From: Actinomycetota bacterium
GTDB taxonomy: Bacteria; Actinomycetota; Coriobacteriia; Anaerosomatales; SLCP01
Assembly: GCA_037446725.1 (NCBI GenBank)
Contig: JBBIIC010000010.1
Coordinates: 1,114-65,113 of the forward strand
Length of the DNA stretch: 64,000 bases
Direction: 5' to 3'
Below the pieces are notes generated by a model, which did no database searches, was not told the origin of the DNA, and saw nothing but the letters and a program-made list of their open reading frames with translations. Shown one piece after another: positions 35,459 through 43,926 of this stretch (position 1 is the first letter of the stretch; each line of letters opens with the position of its first letter). Both the position numbers and the translations under genes were made by a program.

Positions 35459-36301
35459 TCAGCCGACCTCCACGCTCACCGAGCGCACGGCCGAGCACCC
35501 CACGTTCACGGCCACCGGCAGAGAGGCGATGTGACACGGGTCCGTCAGCACGTGGACGGCGAGCGCCGTCACGGTCCCGCCGAACCCTCCCGGGCCGATG
35601 CCGAGCGCATCGATCTCCGCGTGCAGCCTGCGCTCGAGTCCGGCTACGCGCGGATCCGGATGCGCGCTACCGATCTCGCGCAGGAGGGCCTTCTTGGCAA
35701 GCCCGCCCACCTTGTCGAACGTCCCACCGACGCCGACGCCTACGAGCAGGGGCGGGCATGCCGCCGCGCCCGTGCGGGCGACCGTCTCGGTGACGAATCG
35801 CACGACACCCTCCACGCCGTCCCCGGGTGCGAGCATCTGAAGTGCTGACGCGTTGTCCGAGCCGCCCCCCTTGAGCATGACGTGGACTGTCGCGCCGGTG
35901 CCGGGGCGCATCGCGACCTCGACGAAGGCCGGCGTGTTGTCGCCGGTGTTGGAGCGGTCGAACAGCGGGTCGCCTGTCATGCTCGTGCGCAGCCGCGCAT
36001 CCTCGTAGGCGGACGCGACGGCGGCATCGATGAACCGGGCAGTCTCACTGCTCACACACACCTCGGTCCCGACCTCGAGGAGCACCCACACCGAGCCGGT
36101 GTCCTGGCACAGAGGCACGCGGTCGGCCGAGGCGACCTCAGCGTTCTCGAGGAGCTGGCCGAGGACGGCGCGGCCGCGTGGCGAGCGCTCGCGCGCGAGC
36201 GCGGCGCGCATGGCCGCGAGAGCGTCCGGGCGCAGGGTGGTTGCGGCGCGGATGATGGCGTCGTAGACGGCGCGGCCGATGTCCTCGCCGGTCACCATCA
36301 C
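35459..36301 (-). CDS. Class I (Fe-S) fumarate/tartrate hydro-lyase, alpha subunit
   Basis: 280 aa. PLCQDTGSVWVLLEVG, GGGSDNAS, and GPGGFGG. The start overlaps the mdh stop. Confidence 0.88.
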   Translation of the reverse strand: MMVTGEDIGRAVYDAIIRAATTLRPDALAAMRAALARERSPRGRAVLGQLLENAEVASADRVPLCQDTGSVWVLLEVGTEVCVSSETARFIDAAVASAYEDARLRTSMTGDPLFDRSNTGDNTPAFVEVAMRPGTGATVHVMLKGGGSDNASALQMLAPGDGVEGVVRFVTETVARTGAAACPPLLVGVGVGGTFDKVGGLAKKALLREIGSAHPDPRVAGLERRLHAEIDALGIGPGGFGGTVTALAVHVLTDPCHIASLPVAVNVGCSAVRSVSVEVG

Positions 36302-37236
36302 GCGTCCGGCAGGTCGAGGTCCGAGACCGCCTCGGCGACGGTCGCCGCCGACGCCTGGAGCGCGGCGAGCTCCTCGTTATCGAGTTCGAGCTCGACGACT
36401 CCCCGGACACCCGTGCGCCCGAGCCCGGCGGGTACAGAAAGGTAGACGCCGGAGATGCCGTACTCGCCTTCGAGGTAGACGCAGCTCGGCAGGGTCTGCC
36501 CGCTATCGCCGAGCACCGCCTCCACCATCGCAGTCACCGACGCGGCCGGGGCGTAGAACGCGCTCCCCGTCTTGAGCAGCGCCACGACCTCGGCACCGCC
36601 GAACACCGTGCGCTGGACGAGCGCCTCGACGCGGTCCTTTGCAAGCAGTTCGGTGATCGGCGTGCCGTCGACAGTCGAGTGGCGAGGGAGCGGGACCATG
36701 GCATCGCCGTGCGCGCCGATCGCGAGCGCGCTGACCGAACCGATCGGCGCCCCGGTCTCCTCGGCGATGGCGTAGGCGAACCTCGCCGAGTCCAGCACGC
36801 CGCCCATGCCGAAGATGCGGCTCGACGGCAGACCGGAGACCTTCCAGCCGAGATAGGTCATCACGTCGAGGGGGTTCGTGACGCAGATGACCACCGCGTC
36901 GGGCGAGGCCTCGACCGCGGCGCCGACGACAGCGCGCATGATCGCTCCATTGGCCGCGAGCAGATCGTCACGGGTCATACCCGGTTTGCGCGGCAGGCCT
37001 GCGGTGATGACCACCACGTCCGAGCCCGCCGTGTCCGCGTAGTCGTTCGTGCCCGATACCGTCGGTGCGAACCGCTCCACGGACCGGCTGTGCATCATGT
37101 CGAGCGCCTTGCCCTGGGGCAGACCATCGGCCACGTCGACCATCACCACGTCGGCCATACCCTTGTTGAGCAGCAGGAACGCCGTGGTGGCGCCGACCTG
37201 CCCCGCACCGACGACGGTCACCTTCGGCCGAGTCAT
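36298..37236 (-). CDS. mdh: Malate dehydrogenase (LDH-like MDH family)
   Basis: Track ORF 36298..37251. ATG at 37236 (MTRPKVTVVGAGQVGATTAF) with GAGAGGGG upstream. GLPRKPGMTRDDL and IGAHGD motifs. Confidence 0.92.
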   Translation of the reverse strand: MTRPKVTVVGAGQVGATTAFLLLNKGMADVVMVDVADGLPQGKALDMMHSRSVERFAPTVSGTNDYADTAGSDVVVITAGLPRKPGMTRDDLLAANGAIMRAVVGAAVEASPDAVVICVTNPLDVMTYLGWKVSGLPSSRIFGMGGVLDSARFAYAIAEETGAPIGSVSALAIGAHGDAMVPLPRHSTVDGTPITELLAKDRVEALVQRTVFGGAEVVALLKTGSAFYAPAASVTAMVEAVLGDSGQTLPSCVYLEGEYGISGVYLSVPAGLGRTGVRGVVELELDNEELAALQASAATVAEAVSDLDLPDA

Positions 37237-37344
37237 CCGCACCCCTCTCAACGGGTCCCGGGCGCATCGGCACCCGGAGAGACGTCTGACACGCGGCGCG
37301 ACACGGCACCGCCTTCGAAGGTGGATTCTACCACCCGTCGTTCC

Positions 37345-38028
37345 TCAGGACAGGTCGGCGGGATAGTCCACGGACGGCTTGCGGCCCTCGTGAACCGCGA
37401 GCCGCTGCGCGAGTATCGGGGGAAGCTCGGGTAGGAGGAGCCCCGGTTCAGGCGCCGGGATCGGCACCTCGAGGTCCGCGAGAAGCAGCTCATCGTCGAC
37501 GCCGGTCGCCTCGGCCACCATCTGGCCGGCGTGGATAATCGCGCTCGTGCCGCGACAGCCGTCATGACCGGCACCTCCCGAGCACTCGGCGACGAGCAGG
37601 AGTCCGGCGAGCGCGGGCGAGCACCCGAGCGCGTACTCGAGCACGGCCTCGGCCTGCAGCTCGGACTCGGCACGCACGCGCCAGATCACGGTGTCGAGCC
37701 GCTCGGCGACGAGGTCCCTGACGACCGGCTCACGCAGACAGGCGTCTCCGGCCACGAGCGCGGTCCTGCCGAGTCTCGTCTCGACGATGCGGGGGGCGAC
37801 CTCGTCCGCCACGAACGACATGAACAGCGTCGCGCCGTCCAGGCACCCTTCGATGCGCGCGAGGAGTGCCTCCCGCTCGGCCGGCGGAAGACCGGCAAGC
37901 GAGGGGACATGCGGACAGGCCACCGCCTCCGCACCGGCGGCACAGGCCATGCGCCCAAGATCGACGAGCGCGTCGGCATCGACGTGGGCATCACCGCGCG
38001 CCCTGTGGTGGATCAGCGCGATCTTCAC
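37345..38028 (-). CDS. Carbon-nitrogen hydrolase (nitrilase-superfamily)-like protein, apparently degenerate active site
   Basis: 227 aa. MKIALIHH...GAEAVACPHVP (His where PE(L) Glu is expected), ALVAGDACLREP (Cys context), and GTSAIIHAGQMVAEA...LLLADLEV. GGAGG lies 5 nt upstream of the GTG. Confidence 0.4.
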   Translation of the reverse strand: MKIALIHHRARGDAHVDADALVDLGRMACAAGAEAVACPHVPSLAGLPPAEREALLARIEGCLDGATLFMSFVADEVAPRIVETRLGRTALVAGDACLREPVVRDLVAERLDTVIWRVRAESELQAEAVLEYALGCSPALAGLLLVAECSGGAGHDGCRGTSAIIHAGQMVAEATGVDDELLLADLEVPIPAPEPGLLLPELPPILAQRLAVHEGRKPSVDYPADLS

Positions 38029-38100
38029 GAGGGCCTCCCTTCCGTCGGTCGACAGAGGGCTACTCAGGAGATACCCCGAACGACGTCGCTTTCCCTGCTC

Positions 38101-40560
38101 CTAGGTGCCTTTCTTGGGCGTGCCACGCTTCGCCGAACGGCCCTTCGAGCCGCCCTTCACCGCGCCCTTCGCTCCCCGCCCGCGGGTCGCGCCACGGCCG
38201 CGCGCATCGGCCGCGCGCGCGGGACACTCGGGGTCGACGCAGATCTTCCACGGGCCCTTCTTCGTGTGCACGATGACCTTGGGCGCGCCGCACGGCTCGC
38301 ACGTCTCCTCGGTCGCCTCGATCTCGCCCGACTGCGGAAGCGGGTAGGAGACGGGGTGCTCCTTCGCGTCGTAGTTCACGCAACGGATGTAGCGGTTGCC
38401 CACCGGCGAGTAGCGCACGCGCAGCTCGGCACCGTCCACCGGGCAGCGCCCGACGAGGATCTCCGGGCCCTTCTTGGTCGGGCACTCGGTGCTCAAGCAC
38501 ATCACGCGCGCCGGCCGCTTGAACTGCATGACGCGGACCTGGTGGCTGCCGCACTCGGGACACGTCTCCTCGACCGCGGCGTAACGGGCGTTCTTCGGGA
38601 GCGGGTACGTGACCGAGCACTCAGGGTAGCCCTGGCAGCCGACGAAGTATGAGCGGCTCTTCGGTGAGTACTTGATGAGCAGGTCGTGGCCGGATTCAGG
38701 ACAGGTGCCCACCTTCGCGTCCTCATCAGCCGCTGCCTTGAGCAGTTCGCCGACCTCCGGCACGTGTTCGAGCAGCGCGCCCATGACATCGGCGAGCAGC
38801 GTGCGCGAGTGGCCAACAACCTGGGCGCGCTTCGCCTCGGCCCGCGCGATCTCGTCCATCTCACGGTCGAGCTCGGCGGTCATCTCGGGCGTGGTGATCC
38901 GCTCGGCGTGCGTGACGAGCGCGTTGACTACGCTGATCCCCTTGCACGTCGGCTGGATCGGATCGCCGCTCACGTACTTGCGGTCATAAAGGGTCTGGAT
39001 GATGTCGTGGCGCGTGGCCTTCGTGCCCAGGCCGAGCTTCTCCATTTCCTGGATCATCTTGCCCTGGCTGTAGCGCGCGGGGGGCAGGGTCTGCTTGGCG
39101 TCCATCTCGGCGCCGAGGAACTTCACGGTCTCGCCCTCGGCAAGCGCTGGCAGGTGCTCTTCCTTCTTCATGCCGTACGGATAGACCGCACGGAAACCCG
39201 GCGTGACCACCACGTCACCGCGTGCGACGAAGCGCTCACCGGTCACGTCGATGTCTACCTTCGTGCTTTCGATGAGCGCGGGGTCGGAGAGCGTTGCGAG
39301 GAAGCGGCGCGCCACGAGGTTGTAGAGCTTGTACTCCTCGGGCTTGAGCTTCTCGGGATCCGCAGCGCCGGTCGGGTGGATCGGCGGGTGGTCGGTCGTC
39401 TCCTTCGGACCGCGCGTGGCCGAGAGCGCGCCGCGCTTGAGCAGGGCAGCGACGTGTTGGTGGTACGCGGGGACCTTGTCGAGCTCGCGCAGGATCGTGT
39501 GCAGCTCGAGGCTCGGCGGATAGACGGTGTTGTCCACGCGCGGATAGGAGATCAGGCCGCTCATGTAGAGCGACTCGGCGATGCGCATCGTGCGCGAGGG
39601 CGAGAGCCCCTCCGCGGCCGCCGCGGCCTGCAGCGCGGTGGTGTTGAACGGGGTCGGCGGCTTGGCGGCGCGCCGGTTCTTCGAGACCTCGACGACCGTG
39701 CCCGTGCTCGCGCTGGCGACCGCCGCCATCACGCGCTCGGCCTCGGCCACATCGCCGAAGCGCTCGGTTGCGTGCGACGCGGAGAACGCGGTCTCCTCGG
39801 CGTCGGCGGCACCCCGTGGTGCGATCCGTGCCTTGACGGTCCAGTAGTCCTCGGGGACGAACGCGTCGCGCTCGCGTTCGCGGTCCACGATGAGCTTGAG
39901 CGTCGGCGTCTGCACGCGGCCCGCCGAGAGCATGTCGCCCCACGCCCGCTTGGACGCGGCGTTGGACGCGAGCGTGAGGTAGCGCGTGAGCACCGCGCCC
40001 CATACGAGATCGATGTCCTGACGGGTGGCGCCGGCGTCGGCCAGCTCCTCGGAGAGCTCGTCCTGCTCAGCGAAGGCCCGTTCGATCTCGTCCTTGGTGA
40101 TGGCCGAGAAGCGCACCCGGGCGACGGGCACGTCTGCGTTCACGCGGCGCACGACGTCGCGGGCGTCCGCGCCGATGAGCTCGCCCTCGCGGTCGTAGTC
40201 GGTCGCGATTATCACGTGCTCGGCCTTCTTGGCGAGGTTCTCGAGCGAGCGGATGATGCCCTTCTCGGCACCCTCCTTGAGCACCGGCGCCTGCACCAGG
40301 GTGGGAAGCGAGTCGAGCTTCCACTTCTTCAGGTCCACCCCGTCGACCTGCTCGGGGAAGTCGACCTTCATGATGTGGCCCTTGAGCCCGATGCTCACCC
40401 AGTCCTCGCCGTCGCGGCGAAACCGGTAGACCGGCGTGTTGTAGACCTTGTCGGTGGTGGGTTTGCCGACAGCGAGGATCTCAGCGATCCTGCGCGCGGC
40501 GATGTTCTTCTCAGAGACGACCAGGCGCATACGGTTCGGGTCCTGTTCTTCAGAGGGCAC
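38101..40560 (-). CDS. topA: Type IA DNA topoisomerase (TopA position; Topo III/archaeal-like signature) with four C-terminal Zn-ribbon modules and a basic tail
   Basis: 819 aa. Toprim motifs LVVSEKNIAARRIAEIL and IIATDYDREGE. Active-site region GLISYPRVDN. Zn-ribbon modules CPESGH...CQGYPEC, CPECG...CLSTECP, CPVDG...C (degenerate) and CEPCG...CVDPECP. Tail GRGATRGRGAKGAVKGGSKGRSAKRGTPKKGT. The start is GTG 40560 or ATG 40530. Confidence 0.9.
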   Translation of the reverse strand: MPSEEQDPNRMRLVVSEKNIAARRIAEILAVGKPTTDKVYNTPVYRFRRDGEDWVSIGLKGHIMKVDFPEQVDGVDLKKWKLDSLPTLVQAPVLKEGAEKGIIRSLENLAKKAEHVIIATDYDREGELIGADARDVVRRVNADVPVARVRFSAITKDEIERAFAEQDELSEELADAGATRQDIDLVWGAVLTRYLTLASNAASKRAWGDMLSAGRVQTPTLKLIVDRERERDAFVPEDYWTVKARIAPRGAADAEETAFSASHATERFGDVAEAERVMAAVASASTGTVVEVSKNRRAAKPPTPFNTTALQAAAAAEGLSPSRTMRIAESLYMSGLISYPRVDNTVYPPSLELHTILRELDKVPAYHQHVAALLKRGALSATRGPKETTDHPPIHPTGAADPEKLKPEEYKLYNLVARRFLATLSDPALIESTKVDIDVTGERFVARGDVVVTPGFRAVYPYGMKKEEHLPALAEGETVKFLGAEMDAKQTLPPARYSQGKMIQEMEKLGLGTKATRHDIIQTLYDRKYVSGDPIQPTCKGISVVNALVTHAERITTPEMTAELDREMDEIARAEAKRAQVVGHSRTLLADVMGALLEHVPEVGELLKAAADEDAKVGTCPESGHDLLIKYSPKSRSYFVGCQGYPECSVTYPLPKNARYAAVEETCPECGSHQVRVMQFKRPARVMCLSTECPTKKGPEILVGRCPVDGAELRVRYSPVGNRYIRCVNYDAKEHPVSYPLPQSGEIEATEETCEPCGAPKVIVHTKKGPWKICVDPECPARAADARGRGATRGRGAKGAVKGGSKGRSAKRGTPKKGT

Positions 40561-40570
40561 GTCGGTTGCG

Positions 40571-40580
40571 AGTATATACT
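40571..40580 (-). promoter_or_regulatory. -10-like AGTATATACT (self-complementary) just upstream of topA
   Basis: TATACT ends 10 nt before the GTG at 40560, and there is no SD in between. This fits a very short leader or leaderless transcript, or a 5' UTR for the ATG at 40530. Confidence 0.3.
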
Positions 40581-40608
40581 GCGCGTCAACCCGAACCCTA
40601 CCGGACCT

Positions 40609-41160
40609 TTACAGGCCGAGCTCCTCCGAACGCGCCTGCATGGCCTCGAGCGCGACCGACAGGAACTCCTCGCGCGTGATCCCGAGCGAGGTGCAGGTGC
40701 CCATCTGCTCGCGGTTCGCACCGCGCGCGAACGCCTTCTCCTTCCAGCGCTTCTTCAGCGAGCGGACTTCGACGCCCGCAAGCGACTTGTCGGGGCGTAC
40801 GAGCGCTGCGGCGACGATGAATCCGGTGAGCGGATCGGCGGCGTAGAGCGCTCGGTCCATGTCGGTCTCAAGCGGCACGTGACAGGCGTGCGCGAGGATC
40901 GCGTGCACGATCTCTTCATCGACCACGCCTGCGAGCTCCTCGGCGGCCCCGCGCGCGTGGCGTTCCGGGTCCTCAGACGTCTCGGCGTAGTCGAGGTCGT
41001 GCAGCAGCCCCGCGAGCCCCCAGCGCGCGACGTCGGTGTCCGGCCGGCCGAGGTGGCGCGCGAGCGCCTCCATAATGACCTCGGCCGCGATGCAGTGGTT
41101 CACGAGGTTGCGATTGGGAATCCGCTCGCGGACGAGCGCGAGCGCGGCGTCACGGTCCAT
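40609..41160 (-). CDS. HD-domain (HDIG-type) metal-dependent phosphohydrolase
   Basis: 183 aa. NHCIAAEVIMEALA...LAGLLHDLDY (H...HD motif). Confidence 0.8.
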   Translation of the reverse strand: MDRDAALALVRERIPNRNLVNHCIAAEVIMEALARHLGRPDTDVARWGLAGLLHDLDYAETSEDPERHARGAAEELAGVVDEEIVHAILAHACHVPLETDMDRALYAADPLTGFIVAAALVRPDKSLAGVEVRSLKKRWKEKAFARGANREQMGTCTSLGITREEFLSVALEAMQARSEELGL

Positions 41161-41178
41161 GAGGCTCCTCCCCGGCTA

Positions 41179-41865
41179 TCAGGTGGTGCCGGCGGCTCTC
41201 CGGCCCGCCGCGGCGCGCTGCCGCTCGATGCGCCCGGTGAGCCACTCGGCCCAGGCGTCCACGCCCTGCCCCTTTGTCGCGGACATCGGGAACACCGGGA
41301 CGTTTGCGTTCAGGCGGCGGACGACCTCGCGGAACTCGGACTCGTCGAAGTCGAAGACCGGCATGGTGTCGTACTTGTTGAGGATGACCGCCTCGGCCCG
41401 GGCGAAGATGTTCGGGTACTTGTAGGGCTTGTCGTGGCCCTCGGGCACCGAGAGGATCATCACCTTGGCGTGCTCGCCGAGGTCGAAGTCGGTCGGGCAG
41501 ACGAGGTTGCCGACGTTCTCGACAATGAGCAGGTCGATCTCGGCGATTTCGAGCGTGTCGACCGCACGGCGGATCATGTCGCTTTCTAGGTGGCACGCGC
41601 CGCCGGTGTTGATCTGTACCGCCGGCACGCCGTGCGCCTTGATCTTCCGCGCGTCGACATCGCTCGCTATGTCGCCCTCGATGACGGCGATGCGGTAGCG
41701 GTCGCGCAGCTCCGCGATCGTCGCGAGAATCGTCGAGGTCTTGCCGGCTCCGGGCGAGGCGAGCAGGTCGAGCACGAACACCCCGTGCTCGTCGAAGAGC
41801 GCACGGTTCTCGGTCGCGAAGCGCTCGTTGCGGTCGAATATCGGCTTGGAGACGTCTATCTTCAC
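41179..41865 (-). CDS. hypB: Hydrogenase/urease nickel-insertion GTPase HypB
   Basis: 228 aa. LASPGAGKTS P-loop, ENVGNLVCP, and NKYD. GTGA overlap with the hypA stop. No His-rich N-terminus. Confidence 0.9.
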   Translation of the reverse strand: MKIDVSKPIFDRNERFATENRALFDEHGVFVLDLLASPGAGKTSTILATIAELRDRYRIAVIEGDIASDVDARKIKAHGVPAVQINTGGACHLESDMIRRAVDTLEIAEIDLLIVENVGNLVCPTDFDLGEHAKVMILSVPEGHDKPYKYPNIFARAEAVILNKYDTMPVFDFDESEFREVVRRLNANVPVFPMSATKGQGVDAWAEWLTGRIERQRAAAGRRAAGTT

Positions 41866-42236
41866 GGCGTGTCCTCACCGCCTCCTTCGCCCGGCAGCTC
41901 CACGTCGACGGACTCGATCAAAAGCTCTCGGCCCTCGATCAGCTCGCAGAACGGGTTGCCGCACTGCGGGCACACGACGTCGAAGCGCCCGTGCGTGAAG
42001 ACCTCGCCGCACTGGTGGCACTTCGAGCGTGGCTCGACCCAGTTCACCGTGAGCGTCGCGCCCTCGGCAAGCGTGCCAGGCGCAAGCGCCTCGAACGCGA
42101 AGTCGAGCGCCTCTTGCATGATCTCGGTGAGCATGCCCACACGGATGACGATCTCGTTGATGCGAACGGCGTCCTCGCGCGCGGCCGTCTCGACCGAGGC
42201 GGTGACGATGCCGCTGACTACGCCCATCTCGTGCAC
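41862..42236 (-). CDS. hypA: Hydrogenase nickel-insertion protein HypA
   Basis: Track ORF 41862..42335 trimmed to the GTG at 42236 ((M)HEMGVVSGIV...). Zn site CHQCG...CPQCG. Confidence 0.88.
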   Translation of the reverse strand: MHEMGVVSGIVTASVETAAREDAVRINEIVIRVGMLTEIMQEALDFAFEALAPGTLAEGATLTVNWVEPRSKCHQCGEVFTHGRFDVVCPQCGNPFCELIEGRELLIESVDVELPGEGGGEDTP

Positions 42237-42246
42237 AGCTCTTCCC

Positions 42247-43002
42247 TCACTCCCAGCCTTCGGCCCTGCGCCTCGCGATGCGCTTGACGAGCACGACGCG
42301 GGCGAGCGCCATGCTGAGCTCGTACAAACCGACAAGGGCGCCGAACAGTGCGAGCATCGTCACCGGTGACCAGTCCGGCGTCGCGCCGGCAGCCACGACC
42401 ATGAGGACCGTGTAGACGACACGCCAGTTCTTGCGCAGCTTCTCGTACGGCACGATGTTGAAGACCATGAGGTAGAAGATGACGATGGGCAGCTGGAAGG
42501 CGAGCCCGAACCCGATGAGCAGCATGATGGCGCCCTGGAAGTAGGTACTCGCCTCAGGCATCTGCGTGACGCCCTCCCACGCCTGGCCGACGATCCACTC
42601 GAACGCCGTGCCGAGGATGACCTGGTGCGCGAAGACGACACCCGCGGCGAACAGCAGGACCATCATCAGGAACGTCGGCACGAGCCACTTGCGTTCGTTG
42701 GGCTTGAGCGCGGGCAGGAAGAACGCCATCACCTGCCAGATGATGATGGGGCTGCCGATTACGAGCGTCGCGTAGAGCGCAGCGCGGAATCGCAGCGTGA
42801 ACGTCTCGAAGGGGTTGAGCACGACGAGCGGCTGGTCCCCGAAGATGTGCTGGATCGGCTCCATCACGAGGTCGTAGAAGTACGGTGCGGGGACGTACAT
42901 CACGACCGAGCCGACGAAGACGACGATGCCGATGATGATGAGGCGATGCCTCAGTTCGCGCAGGTGCTCGGTGATGGGGAGTCGCTTGGGTCCGATGGGC
43001 AT
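42247..43002 (-). CDS. tatC: Twin-arginine translocase subunit TatC
   Basis: 251 aa, 6 TM. PITEHLRELRHRL N-terminus. Confidence 0.92.
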   Translation of the reverse strand: MPIGPKRLPITEHLRELRHRLIIIGIVVFVGSVVMYVPAPYFYDLVMEPIQHIFGDQPLVVLNPFETFTLRFRAALYATLVIGSPIIIWQVMAFFLPALKPNERKWLVPTFLMMVLLFAAGVVFAHQVILGTAFEWIVGQAWEGVTQMPEASTYFQGAIMLLIGFGLAFQLPIVIFYLMVFNIVPYEKLRKNWRVVYTVLMVVAAGATPDWSPVTMLALFGALVGLYELSMALARVVLVKRIARRRAEGWE

Positions 43003-43028
43003 CGTGTCGTCAGAGGGGCGGCCGCGGG

Positions 43029-43343
43029 CTACTCCTCTTCCTCCTCGTCCTCGTCATCGGGCACGACTTCGTCCGGGATCAGCGGAGTGCCGGGTTTGCG
43101 CGCCGGGGCCGCTGCGGCGGTTGCGGAGTCATCGTCCTCTTCGACGTCGGAGAGGTTGGCCGCCGGCCGCCGGTCCGCGTAGACCTCGGCGCGGATGACC
43201 GCCTCCATGCTCTCCTGGGCGCGCTTGAACTCGCGCATCATCTGTCCGATGGTCCGGCCGAACTTGGGCAGGTTGTCCGGCCCGAAGATGAGGAGCACGA
43301 AGACGACTACTATGAACAGCTCGGTCCCGCTGATACCGAACAC
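43029..43343 (-). CDS. tatA: Twin-arginine translocase subunit TatA with long acidic C-terminal tail
   Basis: Track ORF 43029..43439 trimmed to the GTG at 43343 ((M)FGISGTELFIVVVFVLLIFGPDNLPKFGRTIG). GGAAGGG lies 7 nt upstream. Confidence 0.88.
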   Translation of the reverse strand: MFGISGTELFIVVVFVLLIFGPDNLPKFGRTIGQMMREFKRAQESMEAVIRAEVYADRRPAANLSDVEEDDDSATAAAAPARKPGTPLIPDEVVPDDEDEEEEE

Positions 43344-43386
43344 AGAGACACCCTTCCGAAAGGACCCTGCCGGAGATCCTCGGCTG

Positions 43387-43722
43387 CTAGAACTCCCGCG
43401 CCTCGGCAGCGTCACCGAAGATCGCGAACACCTTGTCAAGCCCGGTGATCCGGAAGATCTTCAGGATGTTGTCGCGCGTGCACACGAGGCGGACGGTACC
43501 GTCCCTCTCCTTGGCGCGGCGCAGACCACCCACGAGCACGCCGAGCCCCGAGCTATCGATGAAGCCGACACCCTCGAGGTCGACGACGATGCGAGAGCAC
43601 CCCGACTCGACCTGCGTGACGAGCGACTCCTTCAGACGCGGGGCGGTGTAGACGTCCACTTCGCCCTGCAGCAGCATCGTGCAGACGCCGTCGGCCTGTT
43701 CGGTCGTGATCTCGAGTTCCAT
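43387..43722 (-). CDS. STAS-domain anti-sigma-factor antagonist (SpoIIAA/RsbV-like)
   Basis: Last 111 codons of track ORF 43387..44046, from the ATG at 43722 (MELEITTEQADGVCTMLLQGEVDVYTAP...). VVDLEGVGFIDSSGLGVL with the conserved phosphorylatable Ser context. GAGGGAG upstream. Confidence 0.85.
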   Translation of the reverse strand: MELEITTEQADGVCTMLLQGEVDVYTAPRLKESLVTQVESGCSRIVVDLEGVGFIDSSGLGVLVGGLRRAKERDGTVRLVCTRDNILKIFRITGLDKVFAIFGDAAEAREF

Positions 43723-43926
43723 CGCCTGTGTAGCTCCCTCGCGTCTGTCAGAACAGCATGCACGATTGTACCGTGCCCGTGCGTCCGGCACCACACACGC
43801 AGCCGTACTCACGGACCTGCCCGTCGGTCGCCCCGACCGGCCGTCGCCCAGGCGAAGGCCGGCCCCGGTATCCTGCGCAGGAATACGGGTACCATCCCAG
43901 TGAATCCGTCGGCAGAAAGGATCCCG

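Noticed and set aside
38686-41589. 967-aa plus-strand ORF
   Set aside because: It is antisense to topA, the HD-domain gene and hypB. It has no recognisable motifs, and its composition (R, A, G, D, L, V, H) is typical of a GC-rich antisense frame.
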